From: Sphyrna mokarran
Lineage: Eukaryota
Assembly (NCBI GenBank): GCA_024679065.1
Contig: JAGIQG010000009.1
Coordinates: 72,354,001-72,418,000 of the forward strand
Direction of reading: 5' to 3'
DNA: 64,000 bases
In this document: positions 23,582 to 35,609 of the stretch, in pieces
Numbering within the stretch: position 1 is the stretch's first letter
Layout: each line of letters starts with the position of its first letter
The notes under the pieces: model-generated
The model's database searches: none
What the model was told of the DNA's origin: nothing
The model's input: the letters and a program-made list of their open reading frames with translations, nothing else
Made by a program: the position numbers and the translations under genes

Positions 23582-24775
23582 AAGAACAAAAGAACAAAGA
23601 ACAAAACGGCATAGGAAACAGGGCCTTCGGCTCAACGAGCCCACGCCGCCACCTCGATGTTCCCACTTCTACCCATGATCCCTGTCATCCCTGTCTATGT
23701 TTATAGACCTATGCATTAGAACCAAATTTGAGACAATTTAGGGAGAATTTGTTCTGCCAATCAGCCTAAGAGCACATCTTTGGGATGTGGGAGAAAACCG
23801 CACCACCCGGAGAAAACCCAGGCAAGCACAGGGAGAATGCTCAAACTCCCACAGACACAGGCCCAAATCCATGTATCTGCACAGCACAGCGATAGTCACT
23901 GAGCTGTGGTGTTGCCCATCAACTGGTCCAGGTCAAGTGTACACTAACGACGTGAAGCACTAGGATACTCTCAAAAAATCCAAGAGTAGCCCTCTCACAA
24001 CCCGTCGCATGTATGCCCCTTGTTAGACAAGTCAGGCTGAAGTACCTGTAGAATAAAACAAATACATCAATATCATCAAAAATTTACACACTTCCCAGAG
24101 AACTCCCAAGGCTCATGATCTTTATTTTAAATCAGTTTTCTATATCCCTCCATTCCCATTCTATTTATGTGCCCATCTAAGTATCTCTTAAATAACTCCA
24201 GAGTACCTGCCTCCACCACATTATTTGGCAGCGCATTCCATACCCCCACCACCCTCTGTGTGAAAAAATTCCTTCTAGCATCCAAATTATACCTTACCCC
24301 CCCCAACCTAAACCCGTGACCCTTTGTGTTATTTGAGTCCATCCTAGGAAAAAGCTTAACCTTGTTTATTCGATCTATATCCCTCATAATCTTGTACACC
24401 TCTATTAGATCTCCTCTAAGTCTACGTCTTTCTAAGGAAAACAGCCCCAATTTGCCTAACCTCTCCTCATAACTCAGACCTTCCATACCAGGCAGCATCC
24501 TGGTAAACCTCCTGTGCACTCTCTCCAGAGTCTCCACGTCCTTCCGGTAGTAAAGTGACCAGAACTGGACGCAGTATTCCAAATGAGGTTTAACCAACGG
24601 TTTATACAACTGCAACATTAAAGGCCAGCTCTTGTACTCTATACCCCTTCCTATAAAGGCTAGCATACCATATGCTTTCTTCACAACCTTCTACACCTGC
24701 TCTGCCACCTTCAGAGACTTGTGCACCTGCACCCGAGGTCCCTCTGCGTTTCTATACTCTTAACCTATTAAGAGT
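23582..24775 (-). mobile_element. chimeric CR1 LINE with HE1/V-SINE-containing 3' UTR (copy 1)
   Basis: Open ORF2 C-terminus 24684-24127, then about 210 nt unique UTR, an HE1-like head and V-core (23918-23750), and a (TCTTTGT)n tail at 23582-23605. Confidence 0.85.
24127..24684 (-). pseudogene. CR1 ORF2 C-terminal 185 aa (5'-truncated copy)
   Basis: KKAYGMLAFIGRGIEYKS...LEYCVQFWS...ERRRLRGDLIEVYK...FFTQRVVGVWNALP. Confidence 0.9.
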
Positions 24776-24999
24776 ATCATATACCCCCGTTATCATACAC
24801 CCCCCCGCTACATTCTTTCTCCCTCTTCATTACTCACCTCAAAAATCACAATGCTGCAGCCTCACTTAAATACAACCTGCAATACATTTTGCAAAGTATG
24901 TGCAAAATGGGCAATAATAGTGAAGTACGGAGTAGAGATAGGAGCACAACATTACGGGCTGAGATCAGAATGGTGAGATAGTGAAAAGGATGCTGCAGA

Positions 25000-25332
25000 T
25001 AGTGGTAGGAATGTGTGGGATAGATTCAGAAACACTGAGCAGGCAGTGAGTGGAATGTGAAGGATAGAGACAGGAGCACTGAACAGACAGTGAGAGGAAT
25101 GTGTGGGTTAGAGACAGAAACACTGTACAGGGAGTAAAAGGAACGTGTGGGATAGAGATAGGAATTCTAAAGGCAGCAATAGGAATGTGTGAGTTAGAGA
25201 CAGGAACACTGTACAGGCACTGAGAGGAATGTGTGGATTAGTGATAGGAACACTACAGGCAGCAATAGGAATGTGTGGGTTAGAGACAGGAACACTGTAC
25301 AGGCAGTGATAGGAATTTATGGATAGGAACAC
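25000..25332. repeat. minisatellite, about 44-bp unit, about 7 copies
   Basis: Unit approximately GAGACAGGAACACTGTACAGGCAGTGAGAGGAATGTGTGGGTTA. Confidence 0.85.
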
Positions 25333-25399
25333 AGCTGCAAAGATAGGAATATATTGTTGTATGTTTCGAATACATGGTACTAAACGTGATGAAATTCTT

Positions 25400-25817
25400 C
25401 ATGCATGTATATGTTAATGCCTCTGCACATGTGTGTGCATGCTTGTGTCTGTGTCCATTTGTCCGTGTGTATACCTGTATATATGTAGCTGTCTTTGTGT
25501 TAGTCTGGTGCTCATGCCTGTGTGTATGTGTATGCCTATGTATATGTCTGCATGTGTATCTGTGAATGAGTATGTCCATGAGTATGTGTGCCTCTGTGTC
25601 TGTGAGTGCCTTTTGCGTGTGCATGCTTGTGTATTAATTTGTGTGTATGTGTCTGTGTGCATGCCTGTATGTGTGTGTGCATAACTATATGGATATTATC
25701 ACCTGTGCATGTGTGTGGTATGCATGTATATGCTTGTATATGTGTGTGCACATGTGTGTATGTCTGTGTAAACGCCTTTGTGGATGTTATCATCTGTGTG
25801 TGTGTGTGTGTATGTGC
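25400..25817. repeat. degenerate (TG)n / purine-pyrimidine alternating tract
   Basis: Directly visible; it generates the spurious C/V- and H/T-rich ORFs. Confidence 0.9.
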
Positions 25818-26344
25818 CATGAGGGCTTCTGGGAAGAAGGGGCAATTTTACACTGTAATATTTTCTGTGGTGCTGGCTGGCGTCTGACGTATGGGCAACA
25901 TTTCCTAGTAAAATGCCGAAGTTGAGGCAAATTTCAACTTGAAACACATTTAGCATGCACAAGTAAAGATGTTTAATTTGAAGCATTTCAATCATTCATC
26001 GACAATGGCTTGTCAGGTGGATAAACTCAAGCTGTGATTTATTCTGATGCGAATGAGAGAAAAAGAATCACTAAAGCCAGTGATCACACTTGAATCTATC
26101 ATCTTCATTCACGAGTAGTGAAGATCCTATTAATAAGTAGAAGCTCAACATTCAGAGCAAGAAAACTTGTGGTGGACCCCCGTGAAAGCTATGAACCACC
26201 TTGAATTAAAATAGACATATTACAGACAGGAAAGTTTTCCAAAGTATCCAAAGCAGTGATTTGGTGAGAACAGCAGCTGTTATCTTTTATTTGTTTGTTG
26301 CTTATATTTCTGTGAGAATTGCAGTCAGTGCCCTGAGGAAACAA

Positions 26345-27135
26345 CATGTGAATTAGGAATAGGAATGGATCACGTGGGCATCAAGCCTGATCTGTCATTC
26401 AATATAATCACAGATGATGTCTGGCTTCAATTCCACTTTCCCACCTGCTCACCATATCTCTTAATTCCTTGAAGGACTAAAAATCTGTTGATTGCAGCCT
26501 GAATTTTCTTTAATAATAAAACATCCACAATAGGTAATGGAGGAAATATATGGCATTCTATAAGGAAGGGAACAGGAGTGTGACATTGAAATAAAGGATC
26601 AGTCATTCAAAGTCTGGGAATGCTCAAAGAGCTGAATGGCTTATTCCTGTTTTTCATGTTTTCACGGCTATTACCTCTGTGGCAGAGAATTCCTAAAATC
26701 CCAACCATTTGAATGAAGAGAGGTCTCATCATCTCTGTCTTAAATGATCAGCCCTTATCGTAATATTATATCCGTGTGCTTTAGATCCTTCACCTGACGG
26801 AAAAACATTCCCAGTTTCTTCTCTGTCAACCCTCTTCAGAGTTGTATACATTTTATTGAGGTCACTGCTCTTCTAAACTCCAGCATGTATAGACCATATT
26901 TACTTAGCCTGTTATACATGGCAACCCTGTCATCCCTGAAACCAATCTTGTGTTCCTTCATTGTACCATCTCCCATGTAAGTAGAAATGGAGAGCAAAAT
27001 TGTGCACTGTGCTGCAGATGTGGTCACACTAAAAGCCCTGAACAGTTGTAGCAAGGTCTCATATTCATGCCTTGTATCTCTTTGCGGTAAAGGTCAACAT
27101 ACCGTTTTTCTTTCTAATTGTTAGCTGCATGCTAA
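26345..27135 (-). mobile_element. old CR1 3' portion with a plus-strand CR1 tail nested at 26530-26660
   Basis: Antisense ...GLYMLEFRRA..., plus CR1 3' UTR motifs. Confidence 0.7.
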
Positions 27136-27164
27136 CTTTATATTCTGAGTATACATAAGTAGCA

Positions 27165-27800
27165 ATAATTCCTGCATGCCTTTATACTTTGCAGACTTGA
27201 ACAACCTGCATCAGGCACCTCAAAGCACTGGAGAAATACCAACAATAATGTCTTTGTAAAATAATCCAAATCTAGTGGCAAAAAGATGGTCCAACAGCAA
27301 TGTTCTCTTCCAACCCAACTTGCTCAGCATCAAAACGCTAATCACTCAAAATTAGCTCTGCTGAGTGAGACATATTGTACATATGTCTGATGCTATACTT
27401 TTGAGATAACTGCTCCACTTGAAACTCAGTCATGGCAGGTGGCCAGTGAAAATTCTTTAGGGTGTCCTTAAAACATTCCTGGAGAGATTACACATCCCGA
27501 CAAACTCAAGGGAGACACTGGCTTGTGACAACCAAAATGGAGAACGGTGGTTTGGCAAGATACTGGGCACATTGATAGATTTTATGGGGAATGTGCAGAG
27601 GGGAAGTTTAGATGTTGAAGGAAGTGCACAGATCTCCAAACAACCCATTTACCCAACCCTCCAAGGAGCACTTGCTCTCCAAGTGGCAGAGTTAATATTT
27701 TGGATTTATCAGCCATCTCAGGAATCACTGATCCAGAGCAGAAAAAAGTTGGCCTTGATCCTATGGAGCTGCCTAAAAAACAGAAGACATTCATGTCCCT
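27165..27800 (+). mobile_element. RTE-clade LINE 3' fragment
   Basis: Decayed KALEKYQQ.CL.KI.QI.WQ...SI.TLITQN.L.....HIV.M.D...LSHGR...VLK...IPTNS.ETLA.D, typical of RTE ORF C-termini. Confidence 0.75.
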
Positions 27801-28336
27801 CTGAACATCAACATTTACAAGTCACACACTTCCTAAAAATATTCTTCTTTTCTAATCTTAACAACCAATGAGAAGAGCTTCATATTACTCTACATCGTAT
27901 CCCATCTGCCACTTTATTGTCCATTCACTTGTCCAAATATCTGTCTGCAACCTCTTTGTGTCCTTACAGCTTACCTTTCCACCTTGTTTTCTAACATAAG
28001 CATAGTTAGATCCAGACAACTCCCCAACTCAACTCAAATTACAATTGCTTGCCCATCTGCTCAACAATCGAAGCACCCAAACCTAACCTTCCATCTTCAT
28101 TTGCCATGGATAGCCATAACAAAACAGCCCAGCTGACGCAAACATGTGAGAAGTCAATCAATTCAAATGTATGCCTTTAGCAGTCAGCACAATAAATGAT
28201 TCCATGTCTCTCCCTCTCTCCTCTTCAAATCTAAATAGGAAATTTGCCCCAATAGTTTTTATGTTGTTCAAAAGGGGAGAACAGGAAAAACAAAAGGATA
28301 AGTCTGGAATTGGATAGAAGACAGGAAAAAAGATAA

Positions 28337-30141
28337 AGATATGTTAAGAATAGAAGATTGGTTAGGGCAAGATTAGGGCCAGTCATAGACAGCAGTGGGA
28401 AGTTGTGCGTGGAGCCTGAAGAGATTGGTGAGGCACTGAATAAATATTTCTCTTCGGTATTCACGCAGAGTGCTGGAAATGTAGCTATGGAGAGCACTGA
28501 GGTACAGGGTTGCAAATTGGGGAGTATTGTAGTAGATAGGGAGGATGTGTTAGAAATTCTCGAGGGTTTGAAGTTGGATAAGTCCCCTGGGCCGGACGGG
28601 ATTTACCCTAGGATTCTCTGGGAGGCAAGAGAGGAGGTTGCAGAGCCTCTGGCTCTGATCTTCAGGTCCTCGTTGGTTACGGGTGTGGTTCCGGAGGACT
28701 GGAGGATAGCGAATGTGGTCCCATTGTTTAAGAAGGGGAAGAGAGACCTTCCTGGGAATTATAGGCCAGTGAGTCTTACTTCTGTGGTGGGCAAGGTATT
28801 GGAGAGAATTATTAGGGATAGGATTTATAGTTATTTAGAGAGAAATGAATTGATTGGGGATAGTCAGCATGGTTTCGTGAAGGGTAGGTCATGCCTTACT
28901 AACCTCATTGAGTTTTTTGAGAAAGTGACCAGAGAGGTGGATGGGGGTAAGGCGGTTGATGTAGTATATATGGACTTTAGTAAGGCGTTTGATAAGGTGG
29001 CCCATGGTAGACTTCTACAGAAAATGAAGATGTGTGGAATAGAGGGTGATTTAGCTAATTGGATTAGGAATTGGCTGGCAGATAGAAGACAGAGGGTGGT
29101 GGTTGATGGGAGATATTCATCGTGGAGTTCGGTGACAAGTGGTGTACCTCAGGGGTCTGTTTTGGGGGCCCCTGCTGTTTGTAATTTTTATAAATGATCT
29201 GGATGAGGGTATTGAAGGATGGATTAGTAAATTTGCAGATGACACTAAAGTCGGTGGAGTGGTAGATAGTGAAGAGGGGTGTTATAGTTTGCAGAGAGAC
29301 TTGGACAAGTTGCAGAGCTGGGCCGAGAGGTGGCAAATGGAGTTTAATGTGGAAAAGTGTGAGGTAATGCACTTTGGCAGGAACAATAAATGTGTAGAGT
29401 ATAGGGCTAATGGTAGGGCTCTTAATAGTGTTGAGGAACAGAAGGATCTTGGTGTATGTGTCAATAGATCCCTGAAAGTAGGCAGTCAGTGGATAAAGTT
29501 GTTAAGAAGGCATATGGAGTCTTAGCTTTTATTGGTAGGGGGATTGAATTTAGGAGCCGCAGCATCATGTTGCAACTGTACAAAACTCTAGTGCGGCCGC
29601 ACTTGGAGTATTGTGTGCAGTTCTGGTCCCCACATTATAAGAAAGATGTGGAGGCATTGGAGAGGGTACAGAGGAGGTTTACCAGGATGTTGCCTGGTAT
29701 GGAGGGCAGGTCCTATGAAGAGAGGTTGAAGGATTTGAGGTTGTTTTCGTTAGAAAGGAGGCGGCTAAGAGGGGATCTTATTGAAGCATATAAGATGATT
29801 AGAGGTTTAGATAGGGTGGACAGTGATAGCCTTTTTCCTAGGATGGAGAAAGCTAGCACGAGGGGACACAGCTTTAAATTAAGGGGTATGAGTTATAGGA
29901 CGGATATCAGAGGTAGGTTCTTTACTCAAAGAGTGATTAAGGAGTGGAATGCCCTGCCTGCAGCTGTTGTAGATGCGCCAAGTTTGGTGGCGTTTAAGAG
30001 GTTAATTGATAAGTATATGGAAGAGAAGGGAATGGTTTAGTTTGGAGGGGCATTGCTTTTTATTTTGGTCGGCACAACATCGAAGGCCGAAGGGCCTGTT
30101 CTGTGCTGTAATGTTCTATGTTCTATGTTCTATGTTCTATG
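28337..30141 (+). mobile_element. young CR1 LINE, 5'-truncated (about 1.8 kb)
   Basis: RT domain with KSPGPDG, NYRPVSLTS, DFSKAFD, GVPQGSVLG and FADD (29232-29243); (TGTTCTA)n tail. Confidence 0.97.
28358..30040 (+). pseudogene. CR1 ORF2 reverse transcriptase with two 1-bp frameshifts
   Basis: Three overlapping ORFs (28358-29197, 29139-29525, 29489-30040) join into one RT plus C-terminus; no in-frame stops otherwise. Confidence 0.93.
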
Positions 30142-31479
30142 TCATAAAACAAAGGGAAAAGGGAATGGTAATGCTTGTAGTGAAGAAATGAAGCATTTGT
30201 GCAGAGTGAGTGAGAATGGCAGAATGATGAATAGCTCTGTGAAAAGCAAAAATACAAAAAATGGCATTCAAAGAAATAAAAACAGAATCAAAATGAAGGA
30301 TAATGCTCATGGTCTGAAATCTTTGAACTCAATGTTGAGTCCAGAAAGCTGCAAAGTGCCTAATAAGAAGATAAGGCTGAGCTTGGGTTGAGTTTCACTG
30401 GAAGACTCATCAAGCCAAGGACAGAGACAATCAAGACATGAATTAAAATGATAAGCAACAGGAAACTCAGGGCCACGTTTGCAGACTGAGTGGAGATGTT
30501 CCTCGTAGAGATCGCCCAATCTTGTTTGGTCTCCCCAGTTTAGAGGAGACGACATTATGAGAAGTGAATCCAGTAATCTGAATTGAAAGTACAAGTAAAC
30601 CACTGCTTCACCTGGTCTTGGATGATATGGTTGGAGGCAAAGGGACATGATTGGCCCTTTGTAGTCTTCTGGACTCAACACTGAGTTCAAAATTTCAGAC
30701 CATGAACTCAATTTTGATTCTATTTATTGTTCTTGCCATCTGCTAGTTTGAACCTTGTTTCTCATTAATTTTCCTTTTGTACAGACTGCTCATTACAGTC
30801 TGGACAAATCCTTGTCTCTTTACTAGAATGATGACCAGTCCCTTTGCTCTTTGTTCCATGATGTCTGAATGATTTAATCTCTCCTGACCTCTATCTCCAG
30901 ACCTTTTCTCGTGATCTTCCTCACCCATGCCCACTTTTGATAGCATGAAACCCATCACGTTTCTGCCTTCCTTCAATTCTGAAGAAGAGTCATATCCCAC
31001 TTGGAAAGTCTACTCTGTTCTTCTCGCTCTCTAGACACTGCCAGAGTTGCTGATTATTACTGCCATTTTCTCTTTTAACTTCAGGCAAGTTAGCAGCTAA
31101 AAATATTAAGCACTTATTGACAAGATTTCCCCATTGTGTCTTCAATCCCCTTATTTACCCTTGTGTTTCCACTGTGTCTTCACTGGGGACCTCCAGAGCA
31201 CTCAGAAAGCCCATGGGTCCCAAGTAAAATTACGAAACCTTGTCAATATTGTGTTATTTGAGTGGTTAACATATGGAAATTGAAAACTGACAGCTCCCAT
31301 GTGGGCAACTCACAGGCAATCTCAGTCACTGCAGTGCAGGTTAAAAATCACCTTCCCAATATGCTTGAAATTTCCCTCAATGCCACCCCTTCCCCACCCC
31401 CACTCCCACTCCAAACCCAAACTCACATTTGTCAATTTAAACCCCCCAACCTCTTCTCCCCGCCCCCGACACTTCACCT

Positions 31480-31625
31480 TTGTTTCCAGCATAACTGTAA
31501 CACTACATTCTGCATTCTCTTGTTTCCCTGCCTATGAATGGAATGCTCTGTTTGTTTGGTGTGCAAGAAACTATGCTTTTCACTGTATGCTAACATATGT
31601 GATGATAATAAATCAAATCAAATCA
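31480..31625 (+). mobile_element. LINE 3' tail (L2/Rex-like) ending AATAAATCAAATCAAATCA
   Basis: Second copy antisense at 32898-33045; clade assignment from recall. Confidence 0.65.
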
Positions 31626-32523
31626 TTTCTATTCTGGTTTCAGATTTCCACCATCTGCCGGATTTTTGGGTTTAGTCTGAAGGAAAGATTGTATACGGGG
31701 TATCTTGGAACAGCGATTGATCGTGAACACAAACAAGTTCAACAACTCCCTCGGTCCGGACTGTCTTCAATAATGCAGCAAAAAAAAAGGATGGAGGAAG
31801 TTTTCTGTCCAGAAAGCAGTCTGTGGGAGGAGGTCCGAAGCAGGCAAACTGTGTTGCTAATCCTCTTGCAATTCCCATCCGTCAGAACATCCTTCCCCCC
31901 GCCCCACTCCCCACATACACAACTGCCTGATTCCATTTCTCTATTTCCGTACCTGCTGCCCACTGTGCTATGCTGAATGTCGAAGCTGATGCAGTCAGCA
32001 CAAATCATTATCTCAAGTAAAAATCATTCACAGCGCAGGCTGAGCACAAACATTAATCATCATGAGCCAGTGTGCAATGTTCCCTCATAAAGAAACATTC
32101 CATTAATATCTAAAAATGCTCTTTATTCTCTTGCTGAATTAGCGAGGAGGAGCAACATTTTTAGTCGGCTGACGGTTTGTTAATTAACGTATGTTTTCGA
32201 TTGCAGGTGGATGTTGCCAGCCAGAAATGGGTGTCCCTTGCCTCCTAGCAACCAAGTCATAAGTTTATTTTCAGCCCCAAAGAAGTCGGGCACCCTGGTC
32301 CGTCCCTGGACAGAATCATCATGGTGGCCCCCAGGGATCTTGTGCACAAATATCCTGTTTGGTCACATATCAGCTGCAGTCTGATGGAATGGAAAACCTG
32401 GCAGTTAATGAAGACTCCTGAGTGATCTAAGGGCACCCAGATTCACACACACGTGGTCAATGATGCCCCGCGACAGTGGGAATCCACCAGAACCACAGGC
32501 TTTGACTGGCATCATCAGTGTCA

Positions 32524-33303
32524 AAGTTTGCATCCCTGGCGAACGATCCATCCATCACTGGTCTTGTGCATTTGTTTGCTTCAACAGGGGCAATCCTGAA
32601 CAATGCTCTGGGGAAGGCCTGCAAGGATTCAGTGGCAAAGCAGACAAGAGCAGAAGACAGCCTTTCAGCAGGTCAGTTTGTGAAAGGATGAATGTGTCCG
32701 CTTCACCAGCTGACACGACATGCTCAATTTCCTGCTGCACTGCTGTTCTGTCATGTCCAGCTCTGCCCATGCAACCTATGTGTGCATAGTGTCTCCTGTG
32801 AGCTGTACATTGCTACTTAATCCAGCCACAGATCTCTCAAATCACACTGACCTGGCCATAATGCACATCTATCTGAGACCTGCTCCAAAGAAGACTTTGA
32901 TTTGATTTAATTTATTATTGTCACATATATTAACATACAGTGAAAACTATTGTTCATTGCGCATGATACAGATAAAATATACCATTCATAGAGAAGGAAA
33001 CTAGAGAGTGCAGAATGTAGTGTTACAGTCATTGCTAGGGTGCAGAGACTTCAGGAAATTGAATACATCATGTTAGCTTTGATACGGATACATTCATCCT
33101 TTCACAAGGTGACCTGCTTACCCTGATAGTCCTGAATGATTGCTCTCCGGCCTTGTCTACTTTGCCTCTGAATCCTTGCAGGGCTTTTCCAGAACATTGT
33201 TCAGGATTGCCTCTTTGGAGGCAAACAAATGCACAAGTGATGGACAGGGTGCAACCAATCTTGATGTGATTCAGAAAACCTCCAAAGTTTAGGAAGCAAA
33301 CTT
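32524..33303. repeat. inverted repeat, arms 32524-32733 and 33052-33303
   Basis: Core 32563-32648 versus 33152-33237 is 76/86 identical by hand count. Confidence 0.9.
32898..33045 (-). mobile_element. LINE 3' tail inserted in the spacer of the inverted repeat
   Basis: TGATTTGATTT...TTTATTATTGTCACAT; flanked by an AGACTT direct repeat (32892-32897, 33046-33051). Confidence 0.75.
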
Positions 33304-33449
33304 CAAGAAAAAATACAATGAAAAATATACAAGAAAAATGCTTTCTTGCTGGTAAGTAAAAAGAAACTATAAATACTGAGTATCCATGTGATCTATTGAT
33401 ATGTAGCATGATAGGATTTCATACTGAGGTTGAGAAATGTGGGTCTGAA

Positions 33450-33900
33450 TATAGAGTCTTAAAATTGAATTAAGGCATTTGTAAGAGTATGATGCCAGAT
33501 TTAGCTAAAGTGGAATGGGAACATAGGTGGAGAAGCAGTGACCGACATATAAGGAGATATTCCATAATTCTCAACAAAGATATATTCCATTGAGAAAAAA
33601 AGACTCAATGAGAAGGATATATCATCTATGGCTAACTAAGGGAGATGATGATGGCATCAAATTGAAAGAAAAGATGTGCAATGCTGCCAATCACAGAATT
33701 GTTATGTGCAGATGGAAGCCATTCAGCCCATCATATCTGTATCAGCTCTCTGAAAGACCAATTAATTTTGTACCATTCCACGGCCCTCACCCTTCTCCCA
33801 GTAACTCTGTACATTACTTCCTTTCAGATAACAAACTAATTCCCGTTTGAATGCTTTGATTGCGTTTGCCTGCGCCCATCCCCAAACCCCCAACATCTTA
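33450..33900. mobile_element. old CR1 fragments (plus-strand linker piece, then minus-strand 3' tail)
   Basis: Decayed LAKVEW...IFHNSQQRYIPLRKK...WLTK, followed by an antisense tail GAAGCCATTCAGCCCATC. Confidence 0.6.
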
Positions 33901-34634
33901 CTGCACGAATTTACATGAGATCAGAACCGCTGTGCACATTGAGATCAATACGTTAAAAATTAAAGGCTGTAATTTAACAGTATTGACAGCAGTTCTACTT
34001 CTTATATACTGTTTGTGAATGTCATTGTTTTTTCTCAAGAACTTCACAATAGCAATGAGGATGGTGAGAAATAGGATGTGTTGCTTTCAGGTATGAAATA
34101 TTTGGAAGGAATTCTTTCTAATATCAGACAGCATTTTATATTGGAGATTTAGGAAGGCCCACATTGAAGCTGTAGTAGATTAAATACACAAGATGTAATT
34201 CAGGTCAGGATCACTAAATTGAGTAAGCACAGCATACATACACACACACTGATCACATCAAAATAACCATCCAAATGGAAAATAAAATCACTGATCATTG
34301 CAGGGAGACTTCTTTCAAAGGATTCTTGATCATTCACTATCACAGCGCCGCTGATCAAGATAGCATCAGTTTTAGTGGACAAAATGTACGATGCAATTTT
34401 TTAATACGATCAGCTCGAAACTCTAATGAATATAAACCACAAAAAGATAGCATTGCCTGTGTTCAATGGTGATGTCCATTCAAAGGCATTACCTGTATTT
34501 CAACATAGGCAAAGTGGTTGAGAAATTTTGATGGCACAATGACAGGTTTCATAAATGACAAAGGCAAAAAGAAACCTTATTCTTCCAACATATAGATTGT
34601 TATCTGTTTGTCTCTTTGGCTTACTGTGGAGCCC

Positions 34635-35560
34635 TGTTGTGATAATGTATGCAAGGAAGTCCCTGTTGGCATGCGTGGGTGGCCCTTGTAATGAGATGTA
34701 GAGCAGGAAACAGAGACGCAGCAGGCAGGAGAGTGAACAAACACCATGAATATAGTTCCATTCGTTTTTACCAAATGTTGCTGAGTGTTATGGCTCCAAG
34801 TACACAACAGAGACGAAGAACTGGAAGATATCTTTGAAACAGCTATGTCTGCACGATACAAACACAGCGCAGCACAAAATGCACTAATAGACTATTTTGC
34901 ACCCAAGAAAAAAAAACAAATTGATGAAATAATTGCCTTTTGATATAAGAAGCAAGAAGCAAACAAGACAATTGATCAAAATTAAAGTTTGAGTCAACTA
35001 GCCAACAAATATGACATTGGTGATGTTGAAGAGGATGTCAAAACACATGTAATCAAAGGTTGCCTCTCGCGTCTACTACTCACTTGAGAAAGACAGAAAT
35101 CTGTCGGAGCTGCTGGAGTTAAAAGGAGAGTGGTTGAGTCCTGAGTTACTGAAGTTGAGGCTGCCAACAGTAATTACCATGCTCCAAGTTCAACTCCTGT
35201 AAGCAATGATCATAGTTCCAAACCTGGAACTAGCTACACAGCAACAATAGCAGTATCACAAAAAGAGCTATGACTTGTCTAAAGAATATTTCCAGTGTGG
35301 GTATGTTTACCCCCACCAGACAGGATATCCTGTAGCTGGCAGACAATGTCAAGCAGCGGGAAAATCAATCACTCTCACTCACACTTTCATGATCATTAGT
35401 GAATTTAACTACAAAGACCAATATCACCAGACTGGTGCCATATACATGTACCATGATAAAAGGGCGAAAGAGTGTAAGGGATTGATTGATGATGCCAAAC
35501 ATATGTTTGTACCCTCAGGTACAGCAACCAGCCATAGGTGACAATGACCACTTGCTGCTT
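34635..35560 (+). mobile_element. Gypsy LTR plus decayed gag
   Basis: TGTTGTG...CACAACA LTR 34635-34809; ALIDYFAPKK...QEANKTIDQ...LSQLA...DVKTHVIKGC gag motif; knuckle-like FQCGYVYPH...PVAGRQC near 35290. Confidence 0.7.
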
Positions 35561-35609
35561 GGAAGTCATATATCCTAGAATATCTGCTCAATGTCAAGGG
35601 AGACAAATA

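Larger units (their letters stand above)
28250..31085 (-). mobile_element. Penelope-like element (GIY-YIG) with inverted pLTR, interrupted by a CR1
   Basis: ORF 30307-30711(-) RLGDLYEEHLHSVCKRGPEFPVAYHFNS...LIFLLGTLQLSGLNIEF is a PLE endonuclease; 30307-30360 is inverted at 30655-30705; the pLTR continues left of the CR1 at 28250-28335. Confidence 0.8.

Noticed and set aside
25000-25332. Regularly spaced repeat resembling a CRISPR array
   Set aside because: Tandem degenerate units without unique spacers, no cas genes, and vertebrate context
25280-25995. Cluster of Cys/Val- and His/Thr-rich ORFs
   Set aside because: Translations of the (TG)n tract
31299-31976. 225-aa ORF
   Set aside because: Runs through a C-rich tract, a LINE tail and a PLE end; no domain features
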